Source of the DNA: Botryllus schlosseri
Taxonomy: Eukaryota
Length of the DNA: 64,000 nt
Assembly (NCBI GenBank): GCA_051294905.1
Contig: CM119377.1
Coordinates: 15,252,001-15,316,000, forward strand
Reading direction: 5' to 3'
The notes beneath the pieces are model-generated. The model made no database searches. It was not told where the DNA came from and was given only the letters and a program-made list of their open reading frames with translations. Shown here piece after piece: positions 50,530-62,902 of the stretch. The stretch's first letter is position 1. The number at the start of each line of letters is the position of its first letter. The position numbers were made by a program, and so were the translations under genes.

Positions 50530-51305
50530 TTTGTTTGTCGTATTCGTAGTGTTTGCAGGTCAATTTTCTTCGTTTTCATTCCCTAGCTGCCGGCTTGTAA
50601 CACGGCCACTTCTAGGCTTTTATAAGACACCGCTTACCATGATGAGATGGCGTGAAGGAGCCTAATAAACCCCCAACACTTGGGTAGGAATTCTGGAGTC
50701 GACTGCGGTTGGACTGCAACTAGGGCTGGGCACAATGATTCGAGTACTCGAATCTGAATCGAGTATTAATTTTAATTATTCGAGTCGAGTAGTAAAAGAC
50801 GATATTTTCGAGTACTGAAATTATACGCTCCTCACCACTGAAAGTTGATTAATCAACGAGGAGTTTATCAACGATCAACGAGTTTATGCTAATTTCACTG
50901 TTGAAGTCTTGAAACCTTGATTGGCCGTATCGTAGCATACGAAACATGAAGCACAAAGCTACGAAGGTTACTGGAAATAGCACATTTCCGAAGTCATGAT
51001 CATCCCACAATATTGTCACCAAGTGCAATGAAATCGGTACGGTCGAAAAAAATAACAAAGTATCCTTAATATGATGGATAACAGGCATTATATTCTTTGT
51101 GGTCGCTTAAAAGGTGCATATTTGAACTTTGACAAATATTATTCTGCTATGACGTCATAATGAGTGATACTCGATTACTCGACTCGACTCGAAGCATTTT
51201 ACGGGATTGAGAATCGAATCACTCAGGTACTCGATTTTGCCCAGCCCTAACTCCAACCCGCAACCCATTGGTGTTTTAGCTGTGGATTATACCACAACAA
51301 TATCA
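50530..51305 (-). mobile_element. SINE-A copy split at its B box by MITE 50721-51249
   Basis: Body at 50530-50720; the tRNA-like head continues at 51250-51305 (ccgcaacccattggtgttttagctgtggattataccac). Confidence 0.82.
50721..51249 (-). mobile_element. hAT-type MITE (TAGGGCTGGGCA TIR) inserted in a SINE
   Basis: TIR tagggctgggca/tgcccagcccta; TSD actgcaac/actccaac (7/8); splits a SINE-A copy at its B box. Confidence 0.88.
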
Positions 51306-51324
51306 AGGTCTGTTCACTTTATTT

Positions 51325-51400
51325 CTCTCTCACTCTCACTCTCACTCTCACTCTCCCTCTCTCTCACTCGCTCTCACTCTCCCTCACTCTCTCTCTCTCG
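51325..51400. repeat. (CTCTCA)n/(CT)n microsatellite
   Basis: Direct reading. Confidence 0.95.
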
Positions 51401-51928
51401 CTGTATGTTGCTGATTACGTTTTGATTAAGTATCATTTCCGTCAGATCCATGTGCTTAATAATAATTATTTGACAGCGGTCATAGGAGGGGAAAAATATC
51501 GTGTAATGTGGCAACACGATGGTAGGAAGTCAGAAAACTATGATCCTTGACCTCTATACTGGGGATATAGCTATATTTCATGTTACATTACACTTTCATG
51601 TTCAAGTATGACAATGGCTGCAAAGCTGTTGAAATATATGCCCTGAAGTTTTAAAAATGTGCCTTTTGAGGTAAATTCAACCTTATTGGAATATCGGCTG
51701 AATATCTCGGTGTTATCGGTGAAGGTGTTCGATATTGGTTTTATTGGTGTCGGCCCAAAAATCCAATATAAGTCGGCCTCTATCCAGGATATCCCATAGA
51801 AAGCTGCAGTGTGACTATATAATGTTTTAACTTGCAACACGCATTAAGAGATACTGAAGGCTTCCAATGAAACTTCAGACGTACGCCTACTCGAGCCCCT
51901 GCTGCACAAAAACGAAAATCCTAAATAA

Positions 51929-53474
51929 CACTGGGCAACAATTTTGAACGAAAAATTTGTTGACTTTAATTTTGCACTTGATCAAGGCTAATTTTGGCGT
52001 GCCGCTGATTTTCTTTCATCACGTCAAGTTTTTTCTCTACGACATATGCTCCAAATATGCAAATTTTCACGAATTAAGCCATATTGCTTTTCCGTACCAT
52101 ATATAAATCCACACTTTTATCAAATAGTAAGTTATATAGTCATGGGGTCAATTGAATCATTAGGAAAAAAGGTAATGGTATCGATCTAAACCGATGCTTT
52201 CACCCATTTTTGGTTAGACACATATTTGATGCAAAGTGCAGGATATAACAAGACAAATAAACATTACATTTACTACCAATTATAGGTCCAATGCTCCATT
52301 CAGCTTATCCAGCGTAACTCGAAACTCCTATACGCCCGATAATTTGGACCAAGATGAAGATCTTAGGGATAGCAGGCCTAACGATGAAGATTTTGAAATC
52401 GAAGATGATTCAGAACGTAGAGTAGTCCATCAACACAAATTAAATGATCCGACATAGGCTTTGGGACTTGGAAGAGAAATATTCGGAACTTTTAGCATCC
52501 TTGCGAATTGAGAAAAGATTACCTGGCAAGAGAGAGAAGATATCTCACTTTCAATCATGAGAAACGGCGTTTTCATCGTAGGGATACTTTCGTTGGGTTT
52601 GTGTATTGCCATGATACTGGCATTGGCATAATAACGTTACCATGGGTTGCTGGAGGAGTTAGGAATCCCGATTTACAACTCAAGTGAATGGCAAATGTCT
52701 ATTGGTAGCTCAAAAAGGATCCTAAAGTGTGGCATTCTCCAAAATAGCAACGTCTTAGGTGCAGTAACAATTGCACACTTAGTCTTCGTGAATAATACAG
52801 AAACATTGAATTGTTGCAATATCACAAGCACGCTTGGATCATATGTGTAAGCTTTAAAATATTGTGTATTCTTAGTGATCAGACAATAAGGATGCACATG
52901 TAACCATGATAGACATGTGCCACTGCAATCCTGCCACATGTTTATGTCGGACAGAAGACATTCAAAAAAGCTAAAATATCTAAATAATTTCCCGGAAAAC
53001 CTTGGCATAGTCAGCGATGGGCAAGAATAAAGTATCCCCCAATATCTGAAGATCATGGGGGTAAGATACCAAAGTAAATTGGAGCTTACATAGGTTAGCT
53101 GACTTGCTAGAGTATCAAACGAGACAGCTCACAGAATTATGAGTTATTAGCGTAAATTTGGACCCTGAAACTCGCACTTTATTTGTCGCGCAGAAGGAAT
53201 ATCAGTTTAAATCAACCAAATAAAGCAATGCAAATGTTTATTTAGAGTCCATTGATTTACTTTCGACTGCTTGTGGATTTTGAAACGTTTTGTACAATAA
53301 ACACAAAATATTAGAAGTAGTACGTTCATGTGGGTTATGAGACAATGTGCTGGGTGCCTAACCCAAAAACATGACGCGATAGAGAAAAACCGAAGTCATT
53401 TTCTAATTCAGCGCCCAAAAGTTAGTCGAAATCAATTGTCTGATCAAAGTCAACAAAAATGGTGTTGACCAGTG
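51929..53474 (+). mobile_element. Decayed Chapaev3-like (CMC superfamily) DNA transposon
   Basis: TIR cactgggcaaca/tgttgaccagtg (11/12). Broken peptides HQHKLND, LEELGIPIYNSSEWQMSIGSSKRILK and FPENLGIVSD match the recalled motifs Q.ELNDL, W.LFIDSSK.SLK and FPENLGAVSDE.GERFHQ. Confidence 0.7.
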
Positions 53475-53568
53475 ACCAGTGTGACCATTTATAGTTGCTT
53501 TTCGATGTACTACTTTGATAGCATCAGGCAATATTATTTCTCTCATGGACGTGTTCTTTTGCCGTTCA

Positions 53569-53849
53569 AGGGAATAGGAAAGGAAAGGACGTCATTTATT
53601 TTTGTCCTTGATGTTTTGCGGCTTATACACCGACTCATGATACACATACGGACGATCTGCGCATATGCACATCATGAGTACATGATGTGCATATGCCGCT
53701 GGACAAGGAAGGTGCAGATGTAGCCTTGTAGGGCTTTCTAATTCTTGCACCACCCCTCCATACTATCCCAGCAATGCATGAGCGCCAAGCAGGGTAGCCA
53801 TGGATACCAGTGTTATTAATCAAGCCTTTGGTCGGACCCGGCCGGGGAT
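53569..53849 (-). mobile_element. SINE-B copy, 5'-truncated
   Basis: Reverse complement of 55520-55800, including the (GGAAA)n tail. Confidence 0.88.
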
Positions 53850-55456
53850 GAGAATATGAAAGAAGAGAATATGTTCGGAATTAGCTGGTTGGCACAATGA
53901 TTCGAGAACTCGGATATGAATTGAGTAATAATTGTAATGATTCGAGTCGAGTAATAGTGAGAGAGGACTTTTTAGGAGTATTGAAATATCACGGCCCTTT
54001 CCAGTAAGAGTTAATTTGTTCATTGAAGAAGATAATTTAGATCACATCTTGCTATAATGCCAATTCACAAAAAAGCTATATCATAATTTCAGAAGACTAC
54101 TGAGAATTGAATATCTCCGAAAATGCCACATCTTTTATAACGAACGTTTAGAGGGATCTGAGGATTGGACGGTTCTTAGTATATTCAAAAAAGAAATAAT
54201 GAAATAGAAACGTACGCTGGACAAAGCCAACAAAGTCATAACCAATTCGGCCGAGACAATCAAACAAATGACGAGAAAAAAATTGAAAGAACTAGTTAAA
54301 AGGATTAAATTCTTCAGAAATACACTTGAAGAACAAGCATTGCGAAATTAGCTATAGCCTTTATCGAGAATGAAAACAAACCAACGCAATGACAAAACGC
54401 CTTTGTATGCATTGCAATTCTTTCTGAAATAAACTTGTCATGAGTGGATGACTACGGTCACCAAAAATAAAAAATAATTGTAACTTGACTTTCGAAAAAT
54501 TGTCCGAACAAGAGACTACTGCCTTTATACTTTGCACCACCATCGCTCCAATCACCGGGACTCTGGACAAGGATCAAGTCATCAAGTGATAATCAAGGTA
54601 GGGAGATGGCTCTAGCGGCCGCAGACGCCCCCCCCCAAGGCACGCTTATGCCAGCTTTCTATACCACAGACAGGGTTTTCGCCGGGTTCTCCGGTTTATC
54701 CTTGCAACCTGACTGGTTGCAGCCCAAGAGAAATCAAGAAGGAAAAGGCAAACTTAGAAGGGTGTTATGAGTCCACATAGTAGCCCTATTACCAGACTTA
54801 TTTTTGGCATTTTTCAGATTTTATTTTTGGTAATTTTGGCAGCCCCATGAGTTCATATTTATAGACTCGAACTAGCCATATAAAACGCTTCAGTTTGGCC
54901 TTTCTTTTGAAACGGAAGTCACAAAACATGCAGTATTTATACTGTGCCATAAAACTGCAAGATTTAAATCTGAGTTGCAAACGATGCTGGAGACCAAATT
55001 TACCCGATACAATACGGAATGCTTCTGCAATGTACAATGTCTGTTCATTGATGAAATTAGGCTATGTCCGGGGCCTATCGTATCGTAGGCCCTGCTATGT
55101 CCCTATTGGAAAACGTGACGCGATCTATCAGTTATTGAAGAATGATCATGCAGACAGTTTCAATTGCTAGTCAAAGGGAATGGAATTAGGTATATGCACA
55201 TTGAGCGAAATACAGCGTGGGTCGCGCGCATGATGTAACAAAATGTATCAGCATTGACAATAGTAAAATGCCCAGTAATTGCGCTGAATTTTAATATTGG
55301 CGCTCATCATTACAGATTCCAAAATATGCTGACTACTACTTTTGCGTAAAGATATTATCTACTGGATATCATATATTTCCTAATCGTTGGATTTATCCAT
55401 CCACAGATTGGCCGTAAATCCAGATTTAATTACTGGCCTTTTCATTCACCTTTTAT

Positions 55457-55801
55457 GGACCCACAAAATAGTATAATGGTTAAGCGTCCGGCCTCTTGAT
55501 CGGTAGGTCGTGGGTACGATCCCCGGCCGGGTCAGACCAACGACCTGATTAGTAACACTGGTATCCATGGCTTCCCTGCTTGGCGCTCATGCATTACTGG
55601 GATGGCATGGAGGGGTGGTGCAAGACTTAGAAACCCGTACAAGGCTATATCTGCACCTTCCTTGTCCAGCGGCATATGCACATCATGCACTCATGATATG
55701 CATATGTGCAGATCGCGTGTCTGTGTATCATGAGTCGGTGTATATGCCGCAAAAACATCCCGGACAAAATAAACTACGTCCTTTCCTTTCCTTCCTTCCT
55801 T
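55457..55801 (+). mobile_element. tRNA-derived SINE, family B (near full length)
   Basis: A-box-like tagtataatgg and B-box-like ggtacgatccc, central ggcttccctgcttggcgctcatgcatt, internal hairpin and (CCTTT/CCTT)n tail. Homologous to 53569-53849 and 6908-6985. Confidence 0.88.
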
Positions 55802-56414
55802 GGATAGTAATCTGCGGAGCCCTGAAGCATTACGGACCCTAATTTGGGAATTCTGCTTTACACACTTGTTTTGTCGCTTCTTTCAAACTCCTGTCAATTC
55901 TTGTTGACATATTTATCAAACACTTTCTTAAAAAGCCATATTTTTAAAAATCCTTATTTTTGACATTTTCCAAACTTTGTTTTTGGCAGTTTTGGCATTC
56001 GGCTCCCGAAATGCAAAAAATAACACGGCCTACCTATTACCCACAGGGCAGGTTGGCTGCGATCCCTCCAGACCAGTGTAAAAAATTAAGAGTTCATTTT
56101 CAAGGATCATGGTTGCGGTACTGCATTTCCATCATGGAAGCATTGAAACCTCGATTGACCGTAAAACCGCATACAGTTTATGTAGTATAAAGCGAAACAC
56201 GTTAGGGGAAATGACATATCTGTCAAGTCGTGATCGTCCCAGAGCATTGTCAAAAATTCCGAAAAAGTAGGTATGGTCGCAAAAAAGACCCAATCATCTT
56301 TAATATGATAACCGCCAATAGATTCTTCGTGGCCAGTCGCATAAAAGGTATATATTGGAACTGACCAAATCATTCATGCCCCTAAAAAGTCATAATTAGC
56401 GATACTAGAATATT

Positions 56415-56857
56415 CGACTTGACTTGAAACATGTTACCGGATTTAGAATCGAATCATTGTGTATTGTCTCGACTTCGAGTCATTGAGCATGACTCAACCA
56501 AGTCATATGACTCGATACATTATCTACGACTTATCCTAGTCTCGTATATCAGGCAGGCCCAGAAACTTTATTTTACAAAAGACATGTTTAGAGTGCTACA
56601 ATTGAGTGTATGAATAATCCGAGGCCTTCGATATCACCAAGACTTTTACAGAAGTTAGTTGTACCCGACTTGAGATTGATAATGAACAGTAAATAGCCTA
56701 CTATGGCTTGAACTCAGACTCGAGTCCTAACACTATGACTCCAACTGGACCCGCTGCTCCCTGACTTACACTCGAGCTTGACTCGGTGATGAATTTAAAA
56801 TAACTCGACGTGACTCAGGTCAAAACTATGAAACCTCGTGACTTAGCTACAACCCTG
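56415..56857 (-). mobile_element. GACTC-rich MITE, inverted copy of 35422-35973
   Basis: Ends cctcgtgacttagctacaaccctg, the reverse complement of the 35422 start. The left block matches the 35800-35960 region in reverse. Left boundary approximate. Confidence 0.65.
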
Positions 56858-57393
56858 GGTCCTAGGTCCGATAGCAATGATTCCCAAACTATGTGACGCC
56901 ACAGATTAGCAGTGTTTCGTGAGTCTCGTGTGATTTTGAAAAAGTACGGTATAATATTGAAGATAAGGCATGTAGACAATCAAACGAATGGGTACAGAAA
57001 CACCTGTCATGTGCAATAACCGTTTAAGCAAACGTGGAGAGGTCGACTTTACAGCATTTTTAAGTGTCATCTGGTTATGAAGAAATTTGGCCCCTAGTTT
57101 TGGACGAGCGATGTCCAAGTTCGACTATTCGACTATCAGAAAGCTCCACCAAAGGCAAGCGGCGCAAGGGGGTGAACGTCTGACTGTAGTCAAAACGAAC
57201 CATCGAAACGATTTCGAGCCATAGCAAAACCATTTCTTGCCTAATTTCTACAAATGAAAAACATGAGATATACGTTGAAGTTGACCTCTGAACACGGTTC
57301 TCTATAATGCTTTAGGTAGTATACTAGCATGACTACGTTTACTGAGCTCTGCAATTAGATAAGAACAGGGCTAATCAATGAATCACACCAGAG

Positions 57394-57711
57394 CAGTGGT
57401 TCTCAACCTTTTTTTAGACACGCCCCCCTTTATGATAGTGAAAAATTTCGCGCCCCCCTTATCGTCATATCACAAAATCCAACCGGGATGCTAGCAACCC
57501 CAACAGATGGCTTGATGGCATGGAATGTTATGACTGTTGAAGAGAGAATGAAAAATATGAAATTCGGTCAATATATATAGAAACACACGTGAATTGGAGG
57601 TAAATCGCGTGGAGCGCGAACAAAATTTTTCAATTGACAGCTTCTTCGCGCCCCCCTTCAGATGTTTCACGCCCGTCAAGGGGGGCGCACCCCCCAGGTT
57701 GAGAACCACTG
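57394..57711 (+). mobile_element. hAT MITE, 318 bp (CAGTGGTTCTCAA TIR)
   Basis: TIR cagtggttctcaacct/aggttgagaaccactg; TSD caccagag/cactaaag (6/8). Confidence 0.9.
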
Positions 57712-59958
57712 CACTAAAGCGATTGAAGTTGAATGAAACACGAAGAAGTATCTGATAGGTCAGATAGCAAGACTGAGGATTTTTTCTCACATCCAACGCC
57801 TGTTGGTCCCAGCAAATACTTTAACCATTACATATTATATTCACATCCCCGTATCAGTCGAACTTGCTAGAATGTTACTCTATCACAAGATCGATATGAA
57901 CGAGAGGAGATCTCTGGCACGCGGCATTTCGGAACTTGAAAGTCACACCACAAAAAAAGCAGCGTGTTGTGTAGGTTCAAACGGTGAAATATTCATTTAA
58001 TGATGCAATAAAGTCACAGGCGCTTTATACTCCTCTACACAACAGGTGGTCAATTAGTTTGTTATGCCTCCAAAAGTAAAAAAGATGCTTCAATCTTTCA
58101 AATGTATATACTTTACCTGATTAACTTCACGTCATCTCAGTGCAAACCGCGCATGCATGCAAATCGATACTTGATATTGTGATTATTCTATTTAGATGCT
58201 TATAGCTATGAGACGTGGCCGCTGTGTACGCTGTGTGGGCCACGCTAAATAGACCCTGCGTAATCAGGAAATATGTCATCGACTGAGCATTTCGACAATA
58301 TTAGCCTCCGAGAAGCCGAATTTGAGGACCTGTAGATTGTATGTCAAGCCCAAGTGTACTTACTGTCAGATACAATCCTACTTCTTGAAAAGAAGATGCA
58401 GAATATATATATATATATATATAGGCCTACACTTGTGCAGGTAAAAAGTTTTTTTTGAACCATAGTAACAGACATAACGTTTTATTACGAACTATGTTGA
58501 GTTGGTAAATTTATGATTTGGACCGTTCGGAAATGTAAACTTGATGCACCTAATACAAATGTCGACAAACTTGATCACGTCAGCAAATTACATCGCAACG
58601 ACCGATTCCTACATCTCCGTCATTCGCCAAAGCATATATACAAGAAATATAGACAGCATAAGCAGAAAACAGAATTTTCGAAGGTTCCGGCCATCATTTA
58701 TTCAACATATTTATCTCACTTATTCATGAGACGCATGCAGAAACAAGGTGTTCCTTGCCGCGATACAATGTCAGCTATTCCACGACTTTTCATTATCGAT
58801 GTTCGTGCTTGCCAATCCAATCTAATCACGCCAAGAGAACATTGAGCGGAGATTTGGAAGATAAAAGCAACCGGTGGCAGGTTGCTTATGTACGGCATGA
58901 AAACGTTGCGTGTTTCTCATGTCAATCCTTTGTTATTGTTTCTACCCGATGCAGAAATGCTTTCAGGAACTGCAAGCAAGGAAGAAAGAGAGTTTCGCAG
59001 TTTTACGATGGCGTCCTGCTCGACTATGTATCGCATGAATTATTGAGATAAATATGAATCGACTCCCATGTAAGTAGGACTCAAGATACTACAAGAAGCG
59101 ATTTATTACAAAACGTTTGGAGTAATTTCGAGCCTAATTCCCATCAGTCCAGATCCGCAACCATTGACACTATAAATCTTTGTCTTGAGGAATGTTAATA
59201 TTCCAGAATATCCGAGGTGGCATTATGGACAATGGAAACTTGCGTATACGCGACCTGAAAATGCTATATGTTTTTCAGCATTTTTGTAGTGCTTAGTAAT
59301 ATATCTGGTGCGATCCTGACTCACGTCGAGCAGATGACACCGGGTTATTCCTACTCCATCGGAGTCATTTCAAGGTCAGAGCAACCACAAGATAATCGCA
59401 CTTTGATTTGTGTAAGAACTCATAAAACTCAAAAACATCATTAGATTGCAAAACTGTGTGCAGGCAGAAAAGAGTAGGACCAGTGCTTTGTAATTAAACA
59501 CTGATCTCGACTTAACACCTTGATTGATAAAGAAATACGCAAAATATGAAAACATACCGAGATATGCACAAATAGAGCAGGGTGAAAACGAGGCCGTATG
59601 CACTTTCTGATACTAATTGCGGTTTCACACTCATACCAATGAGTGAATATACGAGCCAAATATACCATATATACCCTTTGTGTCTTCGTGGGATGGTTCA
59701 CGAAAGCAAAACACCCGCGATATATCTCCTTCAGAATTGATGTAGTTTCTTCCTTTTCACCTATTGGAATGGGTTTGAATCGAAAATTATGTACGAGAAA
59801 GTTCAGCTTACGTGATTTTTAACCTGACATGGCGGAAATCGGTGAAATACGCGATTGTCATTTGCAGTGTGCAATTTGTAATCGGGGGTAGATTCATCTC
59901 CCATCGTTACTTTTGAATTGTCGGTCTATTGCGCGCACAACGTCTACAGTACATGAGG

Positions 59959-60359
59959 TAGGGTTGCATTTAAAACAAAAATCAATTTAAAACAAGGTCC
60001 TTGTTTAAAACATGTTTTTTTGAAGCCATGACTTCACGAATATTAAATTGTGAGGCCATAGTGGATTGACATTGACAATTGAAAATATAGGGTAAAAATA
60101 TAGCTCCTTTGACGAAATATATGTAATATTGCTGTTGAACCTACTATCTTGAGGGTTCCAACCATCCCATATCGATATAAGTCGGCTATATCGGGTGGTA
60201 ATTGTTTGTAGGCTCATACAACATGTCTTTGAAGAGCATTTACACAAATATAGCATAATTTTACAACGTAAAAAAAAACATTTTCTTGAAGGCTTTTGTT
60301 CAAAAAACCTGTTTTAAACAAAGTGTTTTAAAACAACGTTGGTTTTAAATGCAACCCTA
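59959..60359 (-). mobile_element. hAT-type MITE family M1
   Basis: Perfect 18-bp TIR tagggttgcatttaaaac/gttttaaatgcaacccta; TSD acatgagg/acataagg (7/8). Confidence 0.9.
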
Positions 60360-61108
60360 ACATAAGGCAAAACGATTTGTGGATTTTCGCAAAGGATGTA
60401 ACCCGTCAATTTACCAAATACATCGGAATATGCGGCGTTGAACTTATGGCATTTGACCAACTACTCAACACAGTTGGTAGTACGACCGTGCTTTGTAGAT
60501 AAGCATTACCCGCCTAAAGCACCACTATAAAGGTATATATCTCATTAAAGTTTCTAATTTGTGTTTACTTATCAGTCCCGTATAACTTTCCTGCAATGCC
60601 CAAGAGGATTCTTGATCCGTGCGATCAAAGACATTGAGATTACAAGCAACAGGCGTATACTGATCTTCAACGATAACCCATCAGCGACCGTCATTCGAAA
60701 TCTCAAACGCGACGGGTTTGATTGCATTGCATAAGGTGATATAGAATTTGGCTATCATAATTCATGAATCCTAACCTAATCCTAGTAAAAATAGCGAGTA
60801 GTGTATCGTCAACTCGCTTCTCGATATATTGTCCTGGATGTCCACATGCTAGCTATACAGAACTACATTTTTGTAAGAGACAAGGATGTAGTTCCTGTAA
60901 GTTTTCGATCCATCCTTGTTATTGGTTCCTATAGCAGACCTTGCCTGTCAGATTGTCCGACCGATAACTGCATTTTGAGCCGATATTGTTGCCAATAAAG
61001 TCGTAATTTTCTGCGGGTAACAAAATGCGATATTTGCAAACTATGACCGGGGCCCACGTAAGTTATCGCAGGCCCAATATAACTACTAATTAGTGGCAGT
61101 AATTTGTC

Positions 61109-61373
61109 CATTGGTGGTCAAGTAGTTACCGTCGCTACTCAAGTAGAAGTAGAAGTAAGGCCGGAATTGCTACTTAAGTAGAAGTAGGGGTGGTGGTTCA
61201 CAAGTAAGTAAGTAAGTAGGTATTCTACGCTTATTTTTGCCTACAAAACTGAAAACTGTCAAGTAGAAGTAGAAGTAGTCTAAAATCATACCTACTTAAA
61301 AAGTAGTGTGAGTAGGCAAAATCTACTTCAAGTACTTCAAAATGTAGAAGTACTTCGTTACTGACCACCTCTG
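61109..61373. mobile_element. hAT-type MITE with AGTA/TACT-rich subterminal repeats
   Basis: Termini cattggtggtca/tgaccacctctg; TSD aatttgtc/aatttgtt (7/8); many aagtag repeats on the left and ctactt repeats on the right. Confidence 0.8.
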
Positions 61374-61454
61374 AATTTGTTCCATGAAAAGTAAAACGGC
61401 AATTATTTGCAACCAAGTTTCAGATGAGTTACAAACCAATACTTCCAATTCCAC

Positions 61455-61824
61455 ATATAAAACAAAAATTATTTAAAAACAAACAGGTTTAAAGAAGCCC
61501 TTGTTTAAAACATGTTTTTTATTGTTTTTTTTCAGAATCTTTAATTTTTTGTCAAGCCATGACGGCACGAATCTTCAATTGTGACGTCATAGTAGATTGA
61601 CATTGAAAATTGGAAATATCGTGTAAAAATAGCTTCTTTGACGAAATATCTACGTACTATAGCTGTTGAATCGACTATTTGTAGGGTTTCAACCATCTAA
61701 TATCGTATACGTCGGCTATACCGGGTGGTAATTGTCCGTAGGCTCATACAACATGTTTTTTGGAAAGTATTTACACAATTATGGCATGATTTTACAACAA
61801 CCACGTGTTTTAAATGTAACCTCA
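61455..61824 (-). mobile_element. Degenerate M1 MITE
   Basis: Colinear with 59959-60359 (ccttgtttaaaacatg, ctcatacaacatg, gttttaaatgtaacc); ends approximate. Confidence 0.75.
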
Positions 61825-62870
61825 CGTTACTGTAGTGTAGGAAACACAGCTTTTTCAGTATTTACCCAGGGATCTGAACTCTTATGTTCCTTATGAATCA
61901 ATCCAATAGTACTGAACACATTCTAACTTGGGACAGTTGTAGGGGTGATGGCGTTATTAGACAGGCCGATTAATATCGACCTGAGTTGGCTAATGCCAAT
62001 ATTTCCGCGTAGAAAACATTTCGGGCTGACTCCATCTAGCCATAACCAGGGATGGCGTGAACTCCTGAAACACGAATGCTACTATCGACATGGCGTCACG
62101 TGACGGTAATATGCAAGTTCAAACACATATCACCTTATTCTTCCTTACTGCTAACATTTTACTGGGGTAGTAGTAATAATCAGCATATACATATAGCGTT
62201 ATTTGAATGACCCCATAATCACATCCAGTATTGATGGCTTACTCAGAGAATCTTCCGAGCCCAGAACGATTTGGCAACGCAGAGTCAAAATATCTTCTTC
62301 GCTTTCATCAGGGCTACAAACTATATCGCTGCGCGGAAATGTATGCTGGTGATCTCGCTCCAGCCCACAGTAAAGTACGTATTGGTGACGCAGTCGAGTT
62401 ATTTTTTTCACTTCCATAATGTAATAAGTTTGAGTTAAGTTAGTAGAGTTCACTGATTTTTTATGGACATAGAATGAATGCCTTAATCTGTGTCTCTATC
62501 TTTTTCATCTGTTAAGGGCACACAATGGGCCATGCGATACACACGGTAGACACAATGCAATGTATTGAAGATATGGGGATTTCGAAACGCACCAAGTATA
62601 CGCTCTCTCAATTTTCATCTAATGCCCGGTATGACAGTGTTCAATCTCTAATTTTCGGTCGTATTTCATTATCAGCCGCTTTACGTTGCTCGGCTCATTT
62701 GATTTCCTTGCATTCATCCTTCACCGGGCCTTTCTCTGTTATTTATTGATAAAGACGAAGCTAAAACCGCGACTTTCGGGAGCAGGAGCTATACCCCCGA
62801 CATTTCATCACGACATCACGACGGCCAAGGCGGTGGATTAACCAACTACGTCAACTCCCCCACAAGTCGG

Positions 62871-62902
62871 TATAAATATAGGGCAGTACCCGCATCCATT
62901 TA
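62871..62902 (+). promoter_or_regulatory. Candidate TATA/Inr core promoter
   Basis: TATAAATA at 62871 followed 27 nt later by a pyrimidine-flanked A (tccAttt), in a CpG-containing, repeat-free block. Motif evidence only. Confidence 0.25.

Noticed and set aside
50970-51010. PhoD phosphatase assignment from the WDDHDFG motif
   Set aside because: Only about 7 residues match, other PhoD metal-binding motifs are absent, and the segment lies inside a MITE.
54596-54725. Third SINE family (A-box-like start plus gggttttcgccgggttctccggttt, V-domain-like)
   Set aside because: Single, very degraded copy with no B box, tail or TSD; too weak to list as a feature.
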